A DNA stretch of 32,000 bases from Alkalilimnicola ehrlichii MLHE-1 (GTDB taxonomy: Bacteria > Pseudomonadota > Gammaproteobacteria > Nitrococcales > Halorhodospiraceae): NCBI RefSeq assembly GCF_000014785.1, contig NC_008340.1, positions 1,560,001-1,592,000 of the forward strand. The letters are read 5' to 3'. The translations under genes were made by a program, and so were the position numbers. The notes under the pieces are model-generated. The model saw nothing but the letters and a program-made list of their open reading frames with translations, did no database searches and was not told the origin of the DNA. Below are positions 16,904-26,834 of this stretch, piece by piece; position 1 is the stretch's first letter; the number at the start of each line of letters is the position of its first letter.

Positions 16904-18321
16904 GTCGAACGGATATTGCCTCCCAGAGGATCCTGTTAGTCGAGGATGACCAGGGGCTTCGGGATCTGCTGCACGAGGAGTTCGAAGACAGCGGGGCGCA
17001 GGTGCAGGCGGTCGCCGCCGCTGAGCAGGCCGCACCCCTGCTGCTTGCTTGGGAACCGGATCTGGTGGTCAGCGACCTGCGCCTGCCCGGTGCGGATGGC
17101 ATGGCACTGCTGGCTCAGGCACGCGAGCTGCACGTGCCGCCGGCGTTCCTGATCATTACCGCGTTTGGCAGCATCGACCAGGCGGTGGAGGCGCTAAAGG
17201 CGGGGGCCGACGAGTTTCTCACCAAACCCCTCGACCTGGAGCACCTGATGCTCTGTGTCAACCGACTCCTGGACACCCGGCGGCTACGGGGCGAAGTGCA
17301 GCGCTTCCGGAAGCTTCTGGATGAGCCGGAGTTCCACGGCATGGTTGGGAACAGTCGCGCAATGCGGGTGCTCTGTGACCAGATCAAGCGGCTGGCCCGG
17401 GGCACGGGACCGGTGCTCATCCTGGGCGAGAGCGGCTCCGGCAAGGAATTGGTCGCGCGGGCGATCCATCAGGAGAGCGAGCGCGCAGCCGCCCCCTTCC
17501 AGGCCGTAAACTGTGCGGGTATCCCCTCGGAGTTGCTCGAGAGCGAGTTCTTCGGCCACGAGGCCGGTGCCTTCACCGGTGCCCAGCGGGCACACAAGGG
17601 GCTGTTCCGACAGGCGGACGGCGGCACCCTGTTCCTGGATGAGATCGGCGAGATGCCCCTGGCGTTGCAGGCCAAGCTCCTCCGGGTGCTGCAGGATGGG
17701 GTGATCCGGCCGGTTGGGGGGCAAAGGGACTATGCGGTGGACGTGCGGGTGGTCTGCGCCACCCACCGGGATATCGAGGAGCGGGTGGCGGAGGGCAGCT
17801 TCCGCGAGGACCTCTTTTACCGCCTGGAGACCTTTACCCTTCAAGTGCCCCCGTTGCGCGACCGTGAAGGCGATGCGGAGTTGTTGGCCATGCGCTTTCT
17901 CAGCCGCTTCGCTGCCCGTTTGGGGCGCGAGGAGATCACCGGTTTCAGCGGCGAGGCGCTCCAGCGACTGCGCGCCTACGATTATCCGGGCAACATCCGG
18001 GAGCTGGAAAACGCCGTGGAGCGTGCCGTCACCTTCTGCGACGGCAGTGAAATCCGCACCGAGCACCTGCCCGCCCGGATGCGGGCGGCGGGGCCCGCCG
18101 GCGTGCGGACCGGCGAGGGTGATGGCGCGCCGGGCGTCACCGGGGAGCACATCCTGCAGCAACTGGTTTCAGGAGGACCGGTCCTGCCCACGCTGCAGGA
18201 GTTGGAGCGCCGGTACATCGACTACGTCCTGGCGCAGGTGGATGGCAATAAACGGCGTGCCGCGGCCATCCTGGACATCGGTCGCCGCACCCTGTACCGG
18301 CGGCTGGAGACCGGGGATTAA
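16900..18321 (+). CDS. sigma54-dependent response regulator (REC-AAA+-Fis HTH), NtrC/ZraR family
   Basis: REC domain with DLVVSDLRLPG. Walker A GESGSGKE. The sigma54-contact loop GAFTGA is present (EAGAFTGAQ), as is FLDEIGEM (Walker B). C-terminal HTH is NKRRAAAILDIGRRTLYRRL. Confidence 0.93.
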   Translation: MSRTDIASQRILLVEDDQGLRDLLHEEFEDSGAQVQAVAAAEQAAPLLLAWEPDLVVSDLRLPGADGMALLAQARELHVPPAFLIITAFGSIDQAVEALKAGADEFLTKPLDLEHLMLCVNRLLDTRRLRGEVQRFRKLLDEPEFHGMVGNSRAMRVLCDQIKRLARGTGPVLILGESGSGKELVARAIHQESERAAAPFQAVNCAGIPSELLESEFFGHEAGAFTGAQRAHKGLFRQADGGTLFLDEIGEMPLALQAKLLRVLQDGVIRPVGGQRDYAVDVRVVCATHRDIEERVAEGSFREDLFYRLETFTLQVPPLRDREGDAELLAMRFLSRFAARLGREEITGFSGEALQRLRAYDYPGNIRELENAVERAVTFCDGSEIRTEHLPARMRAAGPAGVRTGEGDGAPGVTGEHILQQLVSGGPVLPTLQELERRYIDYVLAQVDGNKRRAAAILDIGRRTLYRRLETGD

Positions 18322-18388
18322 AGCCGTTTGCAGTGTTTCGCACCGGGTGTATGCTCGGCGTAAGGCGCTGGCTCATCGGGGAGAGGGA

Positions 18389-20374
18389 ATGGCCGCCACC
18401 TGGTATAAAGGGCTACTGTGCAGTCTGTTGCTGGCGATAGGCGCCGTCATCGCGGGGCCGGCGCCGGCTGCCGCGGACGACGAGGCGGAGTATAGGGAGC
18501 AGCGCGAACGCTTCCAGGAGGCCTGGAAGCGTTTGGTCAGCGGCCGGGAGGTGGACCTGGCGGCGGTGACATCCCGGCTGGGTGACTACCCGCTGGTACC
18601 CTACCTGCATTACCGCGATTTGCGTAATCGGCTCGACAACGCCCGGGCGGCGGAGGTACAGGCGTACCTGGACCGTTACGATCTCCCGGTCAACGGCTTC
18701 CTGCGCCGGGCCTGGCTCCATCAGCGTGCCGACGCCGGTGACTGGCAGGGCTTTATTGCCGCCTACGACCCCGGCCAGACCGATACCGCCCTCGAATGCC
18801 ACTATCTCGAGGCCCAGGCCCGAACCATCGGCCTGGACACCCATTGGCTGGACGAGGCCCGGGCATTATGGACCGTGGGCCATTCCCAGCCCGATACCTG
18901 TGACCCGGTCTTTGACCGCCTCTACGAGCGGGGCGTGCTGCGCTCGGACGACGCCTGGGCGCGGATCGACAAAGCCATGGAGAATGGCGAGCTCGGGCTC
19001 GCCCGCTTCATCGCCCGACGGCTATTGTCGGGCGATGAGCGGGCCCTGTTCGACGCCTGGGCGCGGCTTCACGAGCAGCCGGAACGGCTGCTCGACGACC
19101 CGACGATCCCATCGGGCGGCGAACGCGGCCGGACCATCCTCGCCCATGCCCTGACCCGCCTGGGGATCCGTGACCCCGACGAGGGTTGGGCGGCGCTGCA
19201 GCAGGTGGCGGAGGAGGGCCCCCTGAGCCAGGAGCGGGTGCATGAGCTGGCCCGGCATATCGCGCTGCGCGCCGCCTACGGCCACCGGGACTCCGCTGCC
19301 GACTACCTGGATCGCTTGCCAGCGGCCGCCGTCGACGATGAGGTCCGCCTCTGGCGGGCGCGGGTGGCCTTGGGCCGGGAGGATTGGCGGGGCCTGCAAC
19401 GGGCGATCGCCGATCTCCCCGCCGAGGAAGGGGCGCGGGACACGTGGCGCTACTGGGATGCGCGGGCGGACCTCGCCCTGGGACGGCTGCAGGAAGGCCA
19501 ACAGGCCCTCGCTGAACTTGCCGAACGTCGCAGCTATTACGGTTTTCTCGCCGCTGACCACGGCCTGCACGACTACCCCCTACCGCGCCGGGGCACGAGG
19601 CAGCCGGCGGCCAGCCTGGCGGCCATTGAGGCGCTGGCCGACCACCCGGGCCTGAAGCGTGCCCACGAGTTCTTCCGGCTGGGTATGTGGCCGGAGGCGC
19701 GCCGGGAGTGGCGCGAGGCGCTGACCCGGCTCCCGCCCCCGGAGCAGGAGGCGGCTGCCGAGCTGGCCCACCGCTGGGGGTGGCACGACCGGGCCATTTT
19801 CACCGCCCACCAGGCCGGGCTGCACGATGCGGTCGACCTGCGTTTCCCCACCCCGTTCCGGGATCGGGTCGAGTACCACGCGCGCGAGGCCGGCCTCGAC
19901 CCCGCCTTTGTCTTCGCCATCATCCGCAAGGAGAGCGCCTTCATGCAGGATGCCCGGTCGCACGCCGGCGCCCTGGGCCTGATGCAGGTGATGCCGGCCA
20001 CCGGGCGCGCCGTATCCCGGCGCCAGGGGCGGGCCTTGCCGTCCACCTATAGCCTGCTCGACCCGGAGGTGAGCCTGAGGGTGGGTACCGCCTATCTGGC
20101 AGAGATGCTGGCGCGTTATGACGGCAACCCGGTGCTGGCGGCGGCGGCTTACAACGCCGGTCCGCGCCACGTGGACCGCTGGTTCGAGGCTGCACCGGAC
20201 GCCAGTCCCGATGTCTGGGTGGAGCGGATCACCTTCCGGGAGACCCGCGGCTACGTCAAGGATGTGCTGGCCTGGACCAGTATCTTCTCCTGGCAACTGG
20301 GCCGGGAGCCGGTACGGGTTGCCAGCATGATGCGTGGTGGGGCGCTGTTTGCGGAACTCGACGACGAAGGGTGA
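18389..20374 (+). CDS. slt: Soluble lytic murein transglycosylase (Slt70-like)
   Basis: Signal peptide (MAATWYKGLLCSLLLAIGAVIAGPAPA). Superhelical N-terminal repeats. C-terminal SLT domain with catalytic ESAF, then GLMQVMP and AAYNAGP. The ATG at 18389 is preceded by GGGGAGAGGG. The track ORF start at 17714 overlaps the RR in another frame. Confidence 0.88.
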   Translation: MAATWYKGLLCSLLLAIGAVIAGPAPAAADDEAEYREQRERFQEAWKRLVSGREVDLAAVTSRLGDYPLVPYLHYRDLRNRLDNARAAEVQAYLDRYDLPVNGFLRRAWLHQRADAGDWQGFIAAYDPGQTDTALECHYLEAQARTIGLDTHWLDEARALWTVGHSQPDTCDPVFDRLYERGVLRSDDAWARIDKAMENGELGLARFIARRLLSGDERALFDAWARLHEQPERLLDDPTIPSGGERGRTILAHALTRLGIRDPDEGWAALQQVAEEGPLSQERVHELARHIALRAAYGHRDSAADYLDRLPAAAVDDEVRLWRARVALGREDWRGLQRAIADLPAEEGARDTWRYWDARADLALGRLQEGQQALAELAERRSYYGFLAADHGLHDYPLPRRGTRQPAASLAAIEALADHPGLKRAHEFFRLGMWPEARREWREALTRLPPPEQEAAAELAHRWGWHDRAIFTAHQAGLHDAVDLRFPTPFRDRVEYHAREAGLDPAFVFAIIRKESAFMQDARSHAGALGLMQVMPATGRAVSRRQGRALPSTYSLLDPEVSLRVGTAYLAEMLARYDGNPVLAAAAYNAGPRHVDRWFEAAPDASPDVWVERITFRETRGYVKDVLAWTSIFSWQLGREPVRVASMMRGGALFAELDDEG

Positions 20375-20415
20375 GGACCGAGCGCCTGATCGTTGCGGGG
20401 ATCGCCGGCACCGGC

Positions 20416-20982
20416 TCAGTAGGCGTAGGCCGCCTCTAGCATCTGGATGTCAAAGCCGTCGTTGTCGCTATGTAGACCGGCGTTGGAGGTGTGCTGGAGA
20501 CGGTAGGTGAGACTGAAGCCGGGGCTGGCCTGCCACCTCAGTGCCAAGTGGGAGGTGAACTGGAAGGGGCCGCCGAGGGCCCGCGAGCCGAGCCGGCGCC
20601 CGGAGATCAGCGTGGGTGCAGTGCCCAGCCCCAGGGCCAGCGGCAGGTCCCGGTGGCCGATCCAGAGGCCGGGTCCGGCACTGAGCTTGTAAAGGCGGTC
20701 GCCCTGGTAACTGACCCTGGCCAACTGCACCCCGCCGTAAGCCAGAACGGTCCACCCGGAGGCCGTCTCCATCAACGACCGTTGCCAGGGTCGCCAGTGC
20801 AGGCCGAAATAGCGGGCGCCGGATGCCCCCCCAAGCCCGCCACCCGCGCGCACACCCAGTTCCCCGGGATCGGCCGTCTGGGCGGTGGCGTCTCCGCTGA
20901 CAAAGATCAGGGCCGCGGCCAGCAGGCCGGCGGCGACGGTGCCCCGAAACGGCGCCCTGTAGCGCGTGTGAATCGCTCTCAT
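20416..20982 (-). CDS. Acyloxyacyl hydrolase / PagL-like lipid A 3-O-deacylase (outer-membrane beta-barrel)
   Basis: Signal peptide, alternating beta-strand pattern, conserved C-terminal HTSNAG (His...Ser catalytic pair) and a terminal aromatic residue. Confidence 0.75.
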   Translation of the reverse strand: MRAIHTRYRAPFRGTVAAGLLAAALIFVSGDATAQTADPGELGVRAGGGLGGASGARYFGLHWRPWQRSLMETASGWTVLAYGGVQLARVSYQGDRLYKLSAGPGLWIGHRDLPLALGLGTAPTLISGRRLGSRALGGPFQFTSHLALRWQASPGFSLTYRLQHTSNAGLHSDNDGFDIQMLEAAYAY

Positions 20983-21001
20983 AGGCTGGTGCGGTATCGT
21001 C

Positions 21002-21616
21002 TTATTGGTGGGTGAACACCGGCAGTTGCAGGTGCCAGCGGATGGCCGCCAGGCGCAGCAGCAGGGCCGCGAGCAGGCCGGACCAGATGGCCAGGGCGGT
21101 TGGCGCGGGCGTCAGCCCCACCCCGACATAGACCCCGGCGCCAAACAGTGCGGCGGTGGCATAGATCTCCTTTTGCAGGATCAGCGGTATCTCGCCGCAC
21201 AGCAGGTCGCGGATCATGCCGCCGAAACAGCCGGTCATCACCCCGGTGACCAGGGCGATCACCGGTGAGAAGCCGAGGCTGAGGGCCTTTTCGGCGCCGA
21301 TCACGGTGAACGTGGCCAGACCCAGGGCATCGGCCTTCACCAACAGCCCATGGGGGATCCGCTCCAGCCGTGCCAAGACCACGGTGATCAGCGCGGCGGT
21401 GCTGGCGACGATGATGTAGACCGGGTCGACCACCCAGAACACCGGGGTGGCACCCAGGGTGGCGTCACGTAGGGTGCCGCCGCCCACGGCGGTGACCAGT
21501 CCGAGGACGATGACCCCGAACAGGTCCAGGTTCTTGCGACCCGCCGCCAAGGCGCCGGAGATGGCAAACACGGCCGTGCCGAACAGGTCCAGCCAATAGA
21601 TGTAGCCAACGTCCAT
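21002..21616 (-). CDS. UPF0126 (YicG/YadS, TRIC-type cation channel family) membrane protein
   Basis: Two tandem Gly-transporter-type repeats (FGTAVFAISGALAA...TAVGGGTLRD and VIGAEKA...GVMTGCFGGMIRD). The ATG at 21616 is preceded by GGGAG. The track start at 21751 overlaps dxs. Confidence 0.85.
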   Translation of the reverse strand: MDVGYIYWLDLFGTAVFAISGALAAGRKNLDLFGVIVLGLVTAVGGGTLRDATLGATPVFWVVDPVYIIVASTAALITVVLARLERIPHGLLVKADALGLATFTVIGAEKALSLGFSPVIALVTGVMTGCFGGMIRDLLCGEIPLILQKEIYATAALFGAGVYVGVGLTPAPTALAIWSGLLAALLLRLAAIRWHLQLPVFTHQ

Positions 21617-21641
21617 CAGGATGCTCCCGGTTGCGCGGGCG

Positions 21642-23528
21642 TCAGCGTGACGCGCCCGGGAGGGTGTCGAGCCACCCCTGTAGACTGCGCTGAAGGCCGG
21701 CCTCGTCCAGGCCCACCTCGGCGAGCAGTTCCGCCGGAGTGCCGTGGTCAACGAAACGGTCCGGCAGGCCGAGGTGGCGCACCGGGACGTCCAGACCGGC
21801 CCGGGCCAGGTACTCGCTCACCCCGCTGCCGGCACCACCCGCCACCGCGTTCTCCTCCACGGTCACCAGCAGGTCGTGGGTGTCCGCCAGCTCACGGATC
21901 AGGGCCTCGTCAAGGGGCCGTACGAAGCGCATATCGGCCACGGTGAGGTCCAGGGCCTCGGCCACCGCCAATGCCGGTACCACGAGGGTGCCGAAGGCCA
22001 GCACCGCGATCCGCCGCCCGCGGCGACGACAAACACCCTTGCCAATGGCCAGCGGGTCCAGGTCCGCTTCCGGGAGTGCCGCGCCGGGGCCGGACCCGCG
22101 GGGGTAGCGCACCGCGAAGGGACCGTCGTGGTGGTAGCCGGTGCTCAGCAACCGCCAGCACTCCGCCTCGTCGGAGGGGGCGGCAATGGTCATATTGGGC
22201 ACGCAGCGCAGGTAAGAGAGGTCGAAGCTGCCGTGGTGGGTGGGGCCGTCGGCGCCCACCAGGCCGGCCCGGTCCACCGCGAACAGCACCGGCAGGTTCT
22301 GCAGGGCCACGTCGTGGACCAACTGGTCGTAACCCCGCTGCAGGAAGGTGGAGTAGATCGCCAACACCGGTTTCACCGACTCGCAGGCCAGGCCTGCCGC
22401 CAGCGTGACCGCGTGCTGCTCGGCGATGCCCACGTCGTGGTAGCGCTCGGGAAAGCGCCGGGCGTACTCGACCATGCCGGAGCCCTCGCGCATGGCGGGG
22501 GTGATGGCCACCAGCCGCGGGTCCTGTTCCGCCATGGCGCAGAGCCAACGTCCGAAGACCTGGTTGTAGGCCAGCGAGCCCCCGGATTTCTTCGGCAGCC
22601 CCTGCTCGGGATCGAACTGCCCGACCCCGTGGTAGGCGATGGGGTCCTGCTCCGCCGGCCGGTAACCCTTGCCCTTGCAGGTGACCACATGCAACAGGCG
22701 CGGCCCCCGTTGATGGGCCAGGTTGCCGAGCACCTCCACCAGGGCGTCCACGTTGTGGCCGTCCACCGGCCCGAAATACTGAAACCCTAACTCCTCGAAC
22801 AGCGTGCCGGGGACCACCATCCCTTTGAGGTGCTCCTCGGTGCGCCGGGCCAGTTCATGGACCGGCGGCGGCAGGCGGCGCAGCACCTCCTTACTGCCGG
22901 AGCGCAACTGGTGGTACCAGCGGCCCGACAGGATCCGAGTCAGGTGCTGGGAGAGGGCGCCCACGTTCTCGGAAATGGACATCTCGTTGTCGTTGAGCAC
23001 CACTAGCAGGTCCGCGCCCGCATCGCCGGCGTGGTTCATCGCCTCGAAGGCCTCGCCGGCGGTCATCCCGCCGTCACCGATGATGGCCACCGCCTTGCGC
23101 TGCTCCCCGGCCTGCCGCGCGGCCAGCGCCATGCCCAGGGCGGCGCTGATCGAGGTGCTGGAGTGGCCGACCCCGAAGGTGTCGTAGGGGCTCTCGGCGC
23201 GCTTGGGGAAACCCGCCAGGCCGCCGTATTTGCGGATGGTGCCCAGGCGCTCGCGGCGCCCGGTGAGGATCTTGTGCGGGTAGCACTGGTGGCCCACATC
23301 CCAGACCAGACGGTCCTCGGGGGTATTGAAGACGTAGTGCAGGGCCAGGGTCAGCTCCACGGCACCGAGTCCGGCCGCCAAGTGCCCGCCGCTACGGGCC
23401 ACGCTGTGCAGCAGGTAGTGGCGCAACTCTTTGGCCAGCGCCGGCAGGCGGTGGGCCGGCAGGGTGCGCAGGGCCTCAGGGTCGGGTACCTGGGCCAGCA
23501 GCGGGTAGTCGTCTATGGAAACGCTCAT
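21642..23528 (-). CDS. dxs: 1-deoxy-D-xylulose-5-phosphate synthase
   Basis: 628 aa. The N-terminus matches Dxs (LP..LR..L......GGHL...LG..ELT.ALH.VF..P.D...WDVGHQ.Y.HKILTGR). TPP motif GDG...G...EA.N. Confidence 0.95.
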   Translation of the reverse strand: MSVSIDDYPLLAQVPDPEALRTLPAHRLPALAKELRHYLLHSVARSGGHLAAGLGAVELTLALHYVFNTPEDRLVWDVGHQCYPHKILTGRRERLGTIRKYGGLAGFPKRAESPYDTFGVGHSSTSISAALGMALAARQAGEQRKAVAIIGDGGMTAGEAFEAMNHAGDAGADLLVVLNDNEMSISENVGALSQHLTRILSGRWYHQLRSGSKEVLRRLPPPVHELARRTEEHLKGMVVPGTLFEELGFQYFGPVDGHNVDALVEVLGNLAHQRGPRLLHVVTCKGKGYRPAEQDPIAYHGVGQFDPEQGLPKKSGGSLAYNQVFGRWLCAMAEQDPRLVAITPAMREGSGMVEYARRFPERYHDVGIAEQHAVTLAAGLACESVKPVLAIYSTFLQRGYDQLVHDVALQNLPVLFAVDRAGLVGADGPTHHGSFDLSYLRCVPNMTIAAPSDEAECWRLLSTGYHHDGPFAVRYPRGSGPGAALPEADLDPLAIGKGVCRRRGRRIAVLAFGTLVVPALAVAEALDLTVADMRFVRPLDEALIRELADTHDLLVTVEENAVAGGAGSGVSEYLARAGLDVPVRHLGLPDRFVDHGTPAELLAEVGLDEAGLQRSLQGWLDTLPGASR

Positions 23529-23992
23529 TTGTCGTTATTTCCCGGGTGTAGTCGGGCGAATACCTGGTGGATCTGCCGGGCGGCCCGCGGGTCCTGTTCG
23601 GAGACCACCCGGCCACGCACGGAAATCCCCGCGCGGTGGACGCTCTCCGGATCGCCGGAGACCAGCGGATGCCAGTCGGCCAGGCCCCGCCCCTCGGCCA
23701 GGCGCCGGTACGCACAGGTCTCTGGCAACCATTTCCAGCTTCGCGCCCCCTCCGGCGTCAGCTGGGTGCAGTCCGGAACGAACTGTCGACGATCCGGGTA
23801 ACGGGTACAGCGGCAGCTTTGGGTGTCCAGCAGCTTACAGGCCACGGGGGTGGCGATGACTGCCCCGGTGTCCTCGTCCTCGAAACTGTGCAGGCAGCAA
23901 CGCCCGCAGCCATCGCACAGCGCTTCCCACTGTGCCTGGCTCATTTCCTCCAAAGGGAGATGCTCCCAGAACGGGCGCTCGGCTCCAGTCAT
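23525..23992 (-). CDS. ycgN: YcgN family (UPF0260) cysteine-cluster protein
   Basis: 155 aa. The pattern PFWE...L..M...QWE.LCDGCG.CCL.....DTG......VAC.LLD...C.C..Y..R...VPDC..LTP is the YcgN signature. Its stop overlaps the dxs start (ATGA). Confidence 0.85.
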   Translation of the reverse strand: MTGAERPFWEHLPLEEMSQAQWEALCDGCGRCCLHSFEDEDTGAVIATPVACKLLDTQSCRCTRYPDRRQFVPDCTQLTPEGARSWKWLPETCAYRRLAEGRGLADWHPLVSGDPESVHRAGISVRGRVVSEQDPRAARQIHQVFARLHPGNNDK

Positions 23993-24173
23993 AGCGGGCC
24001 ATCATACAAAGGCCGGCCCCCTTCAGGCCAGCGTGGCGGGTACGCGGGCGTCATCTTGCGGCCCGGCGCCGGGTTTCGGGCAGATTACAGAACTCTAACG
24101 CGGGTGTCAGTCTTGGGACAGCACCCGGTTCGTACAAGCGAACGGAACCTCCGCAAGGCGCTTGAGGTGGGGG

Positions 24174-26447
24174 TCAGGCCCGAGATCCTGCAGCCGATTT
24201 TCCCGCGGGTCTGCTCCGCTTGAGCAGCACCGAGTTACCGATCACCGAGAGTGAACTCGCCGTCATGGCAATGACGCCGATCATCGGGTGGAGCAGGCCG
24301 ATGGCGGCGATAGGGATGGCGGCGAGGTTGTAACCCCAGGCCCAGAATAGGTTCTGCACGATCTTGCGGAAGGTCAGCCGGGAGAGTTCCACGGCCTCGA
24401 CCACCTTGGTGAGTTCGCCGCTGACCAGCGTAACGTCGGCCGCTTCGATGGCGACATCCGCCCCGGCGCCGATGGCGATGCCCACGTTGGCCTGCTTGAG
24501 CGCCGGGGCGTCGTTGATGCCGTCGCCCACCATGGCCACGTGTTCGCCGTAGCGTGCCTGGAGTTGCCGGATGGCATCCACCTTGCCCTCGGGCAGCACA
24601 CCGGCCTGCACCTCGTCCAGCCCCACCTGCTCGGCGACCGCTTGGGCCGTGCGCTCGTTGTCGCCGGTGACCATGACGCAGACAATGCCGAGCCCATGCA
24701 GGGCCTCAATCGCTGCGGCTGAGTCGTCCTTGATGGTGTCGGCCACCGCCACGACGCCGGCCGGCCGATCGCCGATGGCCACCAGCATTGCGGTCTTGCC
24801 CGCGCCCTCGAGTGCGGTGAGCGGCTCCTCTAACGCGCTGATCGCCACGCCGTGCTCGGTGAGCAGGCGGCGGCTGCCGACCAGCACCCGCTCGCCGTCA
24901 AGCTGCGCCTCCACACCGCGGGCGGTGTGGGAATTGAAGCCGGTAGCGCTGCCAATGGACAGCCCGCGCGCCTTCGCGCCCTGGACGATTGCGTCCGCCA
25001 GCGGGTGGGCGGAGCCCGCTTCCACGGCCGCCGCCGCAACGAGCACCTGTTTCTCAGTGAACCCCTGCGCCGGCAGGGCATCGGTCAGGGCCGGCTCGCC
25101 TTTGGTGATGGTGCCGGTCTTGTCCAAGACAATGGCCTTGATGTCCTTGAGGCTCTGGATCGCCGAGCCGGAGCGGATCAACACCCCCCTTTCGGCCCCC
25201 ATCCCCGAGCCCACCATCAGCGCCGTGGGGGTCGCCAAGCCCAGGGCGCAGGGGCAGGCGATGACCAGCACCGCAATGGCGGCGAGCATGGCCAGGATGA
25301 TCGGCGGTTGGCCCGAATCCACCCAGGGCAGGAAGCCCTCGCCCCAGACGAGAATGGGGGAGAGCGGGCCGCTGAAAAACAGCCAGGCGATGAACGCGCC
25401 CCCCGCGATCACCAGCACTGCCGGCACGAAGCGGGCGGTGATGCGGTCGGCCAGTTCCTGCACCGGTACCCGCGAGCCCTGGGCCTCTTCCACGAGCCGG
25501 ATGACTTGCGCCAGGAAGGTGTCCTTGCCCACCCGGGTGGCACGCACCTTGAGCAACCCCTGCTGGTTGATGGTGGCACCGAGCACGGTGGCCCCGGCCG
25601 CCTTCTCCACCGGCACGGATTCGCCGGTGGCAATGGACTCGTCCACGGTGCTCTCACCCTCGAGCACCACACCGTCTGTGGGTACTTTCTCGCCAGGGCG
25701 CACAATCATCACATCGCCCGCATTGAGCTGCTTGACCGGCACCTCCACTTCCTCGCCATCGCGCTCCACGCGGGCGGTCTTCGCGCCCATGTCCAGCAAC
25801 TTCCGTATGGCCGAGGAGGCCTGCCCCTTGGCGCGGTACTCCAGATAGCGCCCCAGCATGTGGAAGGCCATGATCGTGGCCGCCATCTCGATGAACGAGG
25901 TCATCGGGTAGACAAACCCCACCAGACCGATGAAGTAGGGCGGCAGACTGCCCATGGAGATGAGCACGTCCATGTTCAGTTGCCCGGACTTCAGCGACCG
26001 CCACGCCGAGCGGTGGGTGGCCGCCCCGCCGGCCAGAAAAACCACGGGGAAAGCCAGCACCGCGATGAGGACGAGATACCCCGGGATGGGTTGCCAGAAC
26101 ATGTGGGGCATCATCAGAGTCATGATGAGGGTGGTGGGTACGGCGGCAATCCACAGTCGCTTCCATGCCTGGCTCAGGTAGGCTTCCTCGATTTCCGCAT
26201 CGTCCGCGGCATCGCTGCTGCCCTCCTCGCTGACCGAGGCGACGTCGTAGCCGGCGTCCTCTACTGCCCGGCGGATGCGGCTGCTGTCCAGCTTGTCGGT
26301 CTCGTAGCGGACCTGCACACGGTGCGCGGCGATGTTGGTGGTGACGTCCACCACCCCGTCGAGCTTCCGCAGGGACGTGGCAATGATTCCTGCGCAGTGG
26401 TCGCTGCCCATGCCGGGGACCGTCACTCGAAGCTCGCTGTTATCCAT
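24174..26447 (-). CDS. copA: Copper(I)-translocating P1B-1-type ATPase
   Basis: One N-terminal HMA-like domain. TGES, CPC in TM4 ([13 protein letters not shown]), DKTGT, TM5 YN (WGYN), TM6 M..SS (MTASS), GDGINDAP. Confidence 0.93.
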   Translation of the reverse strand: MDNSELRVTVPGMGSDHCAGIIATSLRKLDGVVDVTTNIAAHRVQVRYETDKLDSSRIRRAVEDAGYDVASVSEEGSSDAADDAEIEEAYLSQAWKRLWIAAVPTTLIMTLMMPHMFWQPIPGYLVLIAVLAFPVVFLAGGAATHRSAWRSLKSGQLNMDVLISMGSLPPYFIGLVGFVYPMTSFIEMAATIMAFHMLGRYLEYRAKGQASSAIRKLLDMGAKTARVERDGEEVEVPVKQLNAGDVMIVRPGEKVPTDGVVLEGESTVDESIATGESVPVEKAAGATVLGATINQQGLLKVRATRVGKDTFLAQVIRLVEEAQGSRVPVQELADRITARFVPAVLVIAGGAFIAWLFFSGPLSPILVWGEGFLPWVDSGQPPIILAMLAAIAVLVIACPCALGLATPTALMVGSGMGAERGVLIRSGSAIQSLKDIKAIVLDKTGTITKGEPALTDALPAQGFTEKQVLVAAAAVEAGSAHPLADAIVQGAKARGLSIGSATGFNSHTARGVEAQLDGERVLVGSRRLLTEHGVAISALEEPLTALEGAGKTAMLVAIGDRPAGVVAVADTIKDDSAAAIEALHGLGIVCVMVTGDNERTAQAVAEQVGLDEVQAGVLPEGKVDAIRQLQARYGEHVAMVGDGINDAPALKQANVGIAIGAGADVAIEAADVTLVSGELTKVVEAVELSRLTFRKIVQNLFWAWGYNLAAIPIAAIGLLHPMIGVIAMTASSLSVIGNSVLLKRSRPAGKSAAGSRA

Positions 26448-26487
26448 GGTGTAATCGCCTGTTCAACGGTGTTCGGGTAGACCGCGC

Positions 26488-26820
26488 TCATTCCCCCAGA
26501 TCCTGCTTTCGCTGCAGGTACTCCTCTCTGTCGATCTCGCCGCGCGCGTAACGTTGCTTGAGGATGTCCGGGGCATCAGACGCCTGCGGCTTGTCCGACC
26601 GCGAGTCGCCAGGGCCGCCCAGCCAGCGGATCAGCAGCACGATTAGGGCGATAACCCCACCCCAGAAGATGATCATCATCAGACCGCCGAACAGCATGTG
26701 ACCCCAGCCCGATGCGGGATGCCAGAAGCCAGGGTGGTCCACGAATCGTTGAGCGAGCGCGGGGGATGCCATCGGCGCGGTCGCCAGAAATGCGATGAGT
26801 GCGATCATGCGGTGTTTCAT
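26488..26820 (-). CDS. SHOCT-domain small membrane protein
   Basis: Signal peptide, short His/Trp/Met-containing ectodomain (HPGFWHPASGWGHM) and one TM. The C-terminus ILKQRYARGEIDREEYLQRKQDL is SHOCT (PF09851-like). The ATG at 26820 is preceded by AGGAGGAAG. It ends 40 nt upstream of copA. Confidence 0.75.
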   Translation of the reverse strand: MKHRMIALIAFLATAPMASPALAQRFVDHPGFWHPASGWGHMLFGGLMMIIFWGGVIALIVLLIRWLGGPGDSRSDKPQASDAPDILKQRYARGEIDREEYLQRKQDLGE

Positions 26821-26834
26821 CCCACTTCCTCCTG

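Noticed and set aside
17714-18388. N-terminal 225-codon extension of the slt ORF (the track gives 886 aa)
   Set aside because: The extension overlaps the response-regulator gene in another frame and is Arg/Trp/Cys-rich. A good SD, ATG and signal peptide occur at 18389.
21744-22790. 348-aa plus-strand ORF, plus several 100-200-aa ORFs on both strands within 21640-23530
   Set aside because: All overlap dxs, which is assigned unambiguously. Their composition (Gly/Arg/Pro/His-rich) and lack of motifs indicate antisense or off-frame artefacts.
24571-26480. Two very long plus-strand ORFs (425 aa at 24571-25848 and 542 aa at 24852-26480)
   Set aside because: They lie antisense to copA, whose product carries every P1B-ATPase motif. 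Their products are Arg/Ala/Ser/Pro-rich low-complexity sequences, typical of stop-free antisense frames in 65% GC DNA.
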